Source of the DNA: Candidatus Hermodarchaeota archaeon
Lineage (GTDB): Archaea > Asgardarchaeota > Lokiarchaeia > Sigyniarchaeales > SOKP01
NCBI GenBank assembly: GCA_048885535.1
Contig: JBHLLO010000002.1
Location: 31,081-95,080 of the forward strand
Length of the DNA: 64,000 nt
Direction of reading: 5' to 3'
The translations under genes were made by a program, and so were the position numbers. Each line of letters begins with the position of its first letter. Position 1 is the stretch's first letter. Positions 60,517 to 64,000 of the stretch are shown here, in pieces. The notes under the pieces were generated by a model, which worked only from the letters and a program-made list of their open reading frames with translations, searched no databases and had not been told where the DNA came from.

Positions 60517-61896
60517 CTAAAGTTCCTCTCTTAATTTTATTATCTTTTTTCTAAGCTTTTTTAATTGAGAATCTGCATCTGCAATGTTATAAATAACAAA
60601 ACTTTCAAGAATTTTTATTACTTTTTGATAATAGTGAATACTATTAATAAAATCCTTAGTTTTTTCATAATTTTCAGCCATTTCTAATGCAAAATCTAAT
60701 TCTACTTTCTTAGTAGTATTATCAAGTTGAAATAAAAGATGAGTAATCCTATTTATTTCATCCTTTAATTTAAGTTCTTTAGCAATATAAAGGGCTTTGC
60801 TGTATCCTTTGTGAGCAACTTGGTAGGCACGATCTTTTTCAGCAATTTTTGCTTTTCTTATAACCTCTTTTAGTAATTTTTTTACAGAGAATTCATCTTT
60901 AAAATCTATTTCATCTTTTAATTGCTCAAAATCACTCTCTATATTGATTAATGAAGAAATCGGTTTAATTGCATTTTCCTTTCTGTGATTTGCTTTTATA
61001 TGTGTTTCAATTTTATCAATAACAGCTTCAAGTTTAATTGGAACTATTATGTTTCGTTCTAAAAGTCTATTTATTTCGTAAAGAATTATATCAGCTTCTA
61101 TATTTACTATTCTTTTTACTTTATCAATTAATTTATTAATAAAGAAAATTTGCTTTGAAAGAAGCAATTCATTCGCTAAATTAAAGATTGCTTTTTGAAT
61201 GGGACTTCTACTAATCTTTTCAATTTCATAAGGGGGAATAGATTGAGCCAAATTCATTGGAAAGACTAGATTTGCATTAAATGTTCTGACAATATAATCA
61301 TTCATTTCCTCTAAGTCAATAGCTCCAGTCTCCTTAAATGCAACTAAAGGATCTTTAAAATTTTTCTCAAATTCATATAAAAATTTAATAACTTGATTTC
61401 TCATACTGTTTGAGGCTGTATTATCAAGAATCAGACAGATTCTACTATATTGCCCATTTCTTAATAAGATGTTAAAGTTCTTATACTGAAATTCATAAAA
61501 AGGATGTTCTTCAACCGAATTTAAGTTGTTTGGTGATACTTCCTCTGATTCAGAAAAAGTGATATTTGCCTGAATAAATCCACTTAGTAATCCTGCATCT
61601 ATATCTACTCCTGAGACGGCATAATTTAAAATAGGTAAACCAGAATCCTTATCCATAATAATAATATGTTTTATATTCAAAACATCTAAAAATTTCTGCC
61701 ATATCCGCTCTCTTTCTGCTTTTATATGTTTTTCATTAGATTCAATTTCAAAAATCCTAAATTCTGAGTCAATTTCAAATCCCATCTCGCATAATCGATT
61801 TTTTATACATTGATAACATGAACTAACATTTTTAGGGCAAGCTTCTTTAATATGGCTACAATTAAATCCTATTCCATCTAATATAAAGAATGGCAT
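60517..61896 (-). CDS. Multidomain protein: Cys cluster + longin-like + wHTH-like + TPR-like
   Basis: CSHIKEACPKNVSSCYQC; IIIMDKDSGLPI..LLSGFIQA; C-terminal TPR-like helices. Confidence 0.75.
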   Translation of the reverse strand: MPFFILDGIGFNCSHIKEACPKNVSSCYQCIKNRLCEMGFEIDSEFRIFEIESNEKHIKAERERIWQKFLDVLNIKHIIIMDKDSGLPILNYAVSGVDIDAGLLSGFIQANITFSESEEVSPNNLNSVEEHPFYEFQYKNFNILLRNGQYSRICLILDNTASNSMRNQVIKFLYEFEKNFKDPLVAFKETGAIDLEEMNDYIVRTFNANLVFPMNLAQSIPPYEIEKISRSPIQKAIFNLANELLLSKQIFFINKLIDKVKRIVNIEADIILYEINRLLERNIIVPIKLEAVIDKIETHIKANHRKENAIKPISSLINIESDFEQLKDEIDFKDEFSVKKLLKEVIRKAKIAEKDRAYQVAHKGYSKALYIAKELKLKDEINRITHLLFQLDNTTKKVELDFALEMAENYEKTKDFINSIHYYQKVIKILESFVIYNIADADSQLKKLRKKIIKLREEL

Positions 61897-62043
61897 TACT
61901 AAATCCTATAAAAAGAAGATTAATATCTAAAAGAGCTTCTATTAAAATTTTATTTTGTTTTAATAGTAAATTTTGAATTTTTAAATTTTTAGATATAGAA
62001 ATTGTAGGAAAAAAATAATTTAATGGTGATTTTTGACCAACTA

Positions 62044-62478
62044 TTATGCATTCTTAATTTTCTCAAAGGATTTTTTATATTCTTTAGAATTTCCACCAGC
62101 CATAATAAATTCGACATAAACCTTCAAACTCTTTAAAAATAAATCTGCAGCCATTTCAAGAATACTTTTTTGGTTCTCAAGCTCAAATTCAGACCAAATT
62201 GTGACCTCTGTAGTAGATCCTTTAGGTTTAAATATATATCCTATTTTTTCCATTGGACTACCTTCTTGAATAGAGGTCATCCTCTGTTCTGGAATATTTT
62301 CTATCTCTATATTTATAATATCTCCCACATTTGTCTTTAAAAAATATTTCTTCGGTTCGAGTTGTTTTATTTCATTCACTACAATATTCCAAACTGGTAA
62401 ACTCATATAATCATTTAAAATTTCGTAAACGATCTTAAGAGGTGCTTTTAATTCAATAATCCTTTCTAATTTCGGCAT
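62044..62478 (-). CDS. SRPBCC/START-like ligand-binding protein
   Basis: IELKAPLKIVYEILND...LPVW, terminal helix LKSLKVYVE. Confidence 0.8.
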   Translation of the reverse strand: MPKLERIIELKAPLKIVYEILNDYMSLPVWNIVVNEIKQLEPKKYFLKTNVGDIINIEIENIPEQRMTSIQEGSPMEKIGYIFKPKGSTTEVTIWSEFELENQKSILEMAADLFLKSLKVYVEFIMAGGNSKEYKKSFEKIKNA

Positions 62479-62619
62479 TTAAATTCACACTTTTACATTA
62501 ATTAATTATCATTTGGCTAATATACTTATTAATTTTTTTTTTTAGATGGGATTTCTAATTCTTCATTTGGGGTAGTTAAACTTTTTATCTTTTAATTTCA
62601 TTTACTTTATTGAAAAAAA

Positions 62620-62901
62620 ATGGGAGAATCAACAAATGATTTGAAGGAAAAAATCAGTATAGCTGCTTACTTCCTTGCTAAAGAAAATCACCCCTACGAT
62701 ACTTTATGTTGGATGCTTGCGGAAAGACAGTTATTTATCCAATTTAACTTTAGAAGACCTCAAGAAGATCTTATAAGACATAAAGCAGCAGAGATATTTT
62801 TTTCTAACCCAAATTATGATGTTCTATGTTGGTTAATAGCAGAAAAAAATATATTGATAAAGGATAAGAAATCAGAACGGAATAGTAAACATACTTTTTA
62901 A
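62620..62901 (+). CDS. Small protein with two DUF2934-like repeats
   Basis: IAAYFL..YDTLCWMLAERQL / KAAEIF..YDVLCWLIAEKNI. Confidence 0.7.
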   Translation: MGESTNDLKEKISIAAYFLAKENHPYDTLCWMLAERQLFIQFNFRRPQEDLIRHKAAEIFFSNPNYDVLCWLIAEKNILIKDKKSERNSKHTF

Positions 62902-62948
62902 TCAAAGGAATCAACTGTATTAGAATGAATTGAATAATTATAGTAAGT

Positions 62949-63083
62949 TCATTTATTTCTCTTTTTTTTCCCTTTATTACTGAAATCTTTACTGCAAATA
63001 CTGCATTTTTTACTATATGATTCTAGTTCAGCCCCACAATCTGGACAGTATTTTGGTCCTGTTAAACAATTATTCTTCTTCAT
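62949..63083 (-). CDS. 44-aa CPxCG zinc-ribbon microprotein
   Basis: Manual translation MKKNNCLTGPKYCPDCGAELESYSKKCSICSKDFSNKGKKKRNK*; not in the ORF track. Confidence 0.65.
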   Translation of the reverse strand: MKKNNCLTGPKYCPDCGAELESYSKKCSICSKDFSNKGKKKRNK

Positions 63084-63249
63084 ATCGGAATTATTGAACT
63101 TTTAAGGTTTTTATATCTCATAATTTGTATTTCTAGATATAATATATTGCTAACATAAAAAAAGAATAACTCAGGAACATACTACCTCCTATTATCTTAC
63201 TCACACAAACCTAAAGTACTCTAAGCCTGAATCCTTGAATCCTCTTTCG

Positions 63250-64000
<751 letters not shown>

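Overview
AT-rich, gene-dense archaeal chromosome segment. It is most consistent with an Asgard archaeon of the Lokiarchaeia type: PolD, Cdc6, CarS, Cbf5, Rpo5/unsplit Rpo2, TFE, PAN and NAC occur alongside several Rab-like small GTPases, roadblock and longin-like proteins, and a 23S rRNA carrying a ~183-nt helix-98/ES39 expansion. The window is mostly housekeeping, with four tRNA genes and the 3' end of a 23S rRNA; I saw no CRISPR array, IS element or intein. The main candidate for an undescribed system is a ~4-kb region (8.9-12.7 kb) with three co-oriented genes that look like an actin/membrane toolkit. These are a coiled-coil + GPPPPP polyproline + VASP-FAB/WH2-like protein, an adjacent BAR-like helical protein, and a 50-aa stand-alone WH2/actobindin-like microprotein missed by the ORF track. 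Also notable are a six-gene uncharacterised operon with an ATT-initiated AAA+ ATPase and a Zn-ribbon/PC4-like tandem protein, a tRNA-Thr with a non-canonical 29-nt insert, a tRNA-Leu with C33, and a decayed radical SAM pseudogene. All family calls are by motif recognition only; no searches were run.
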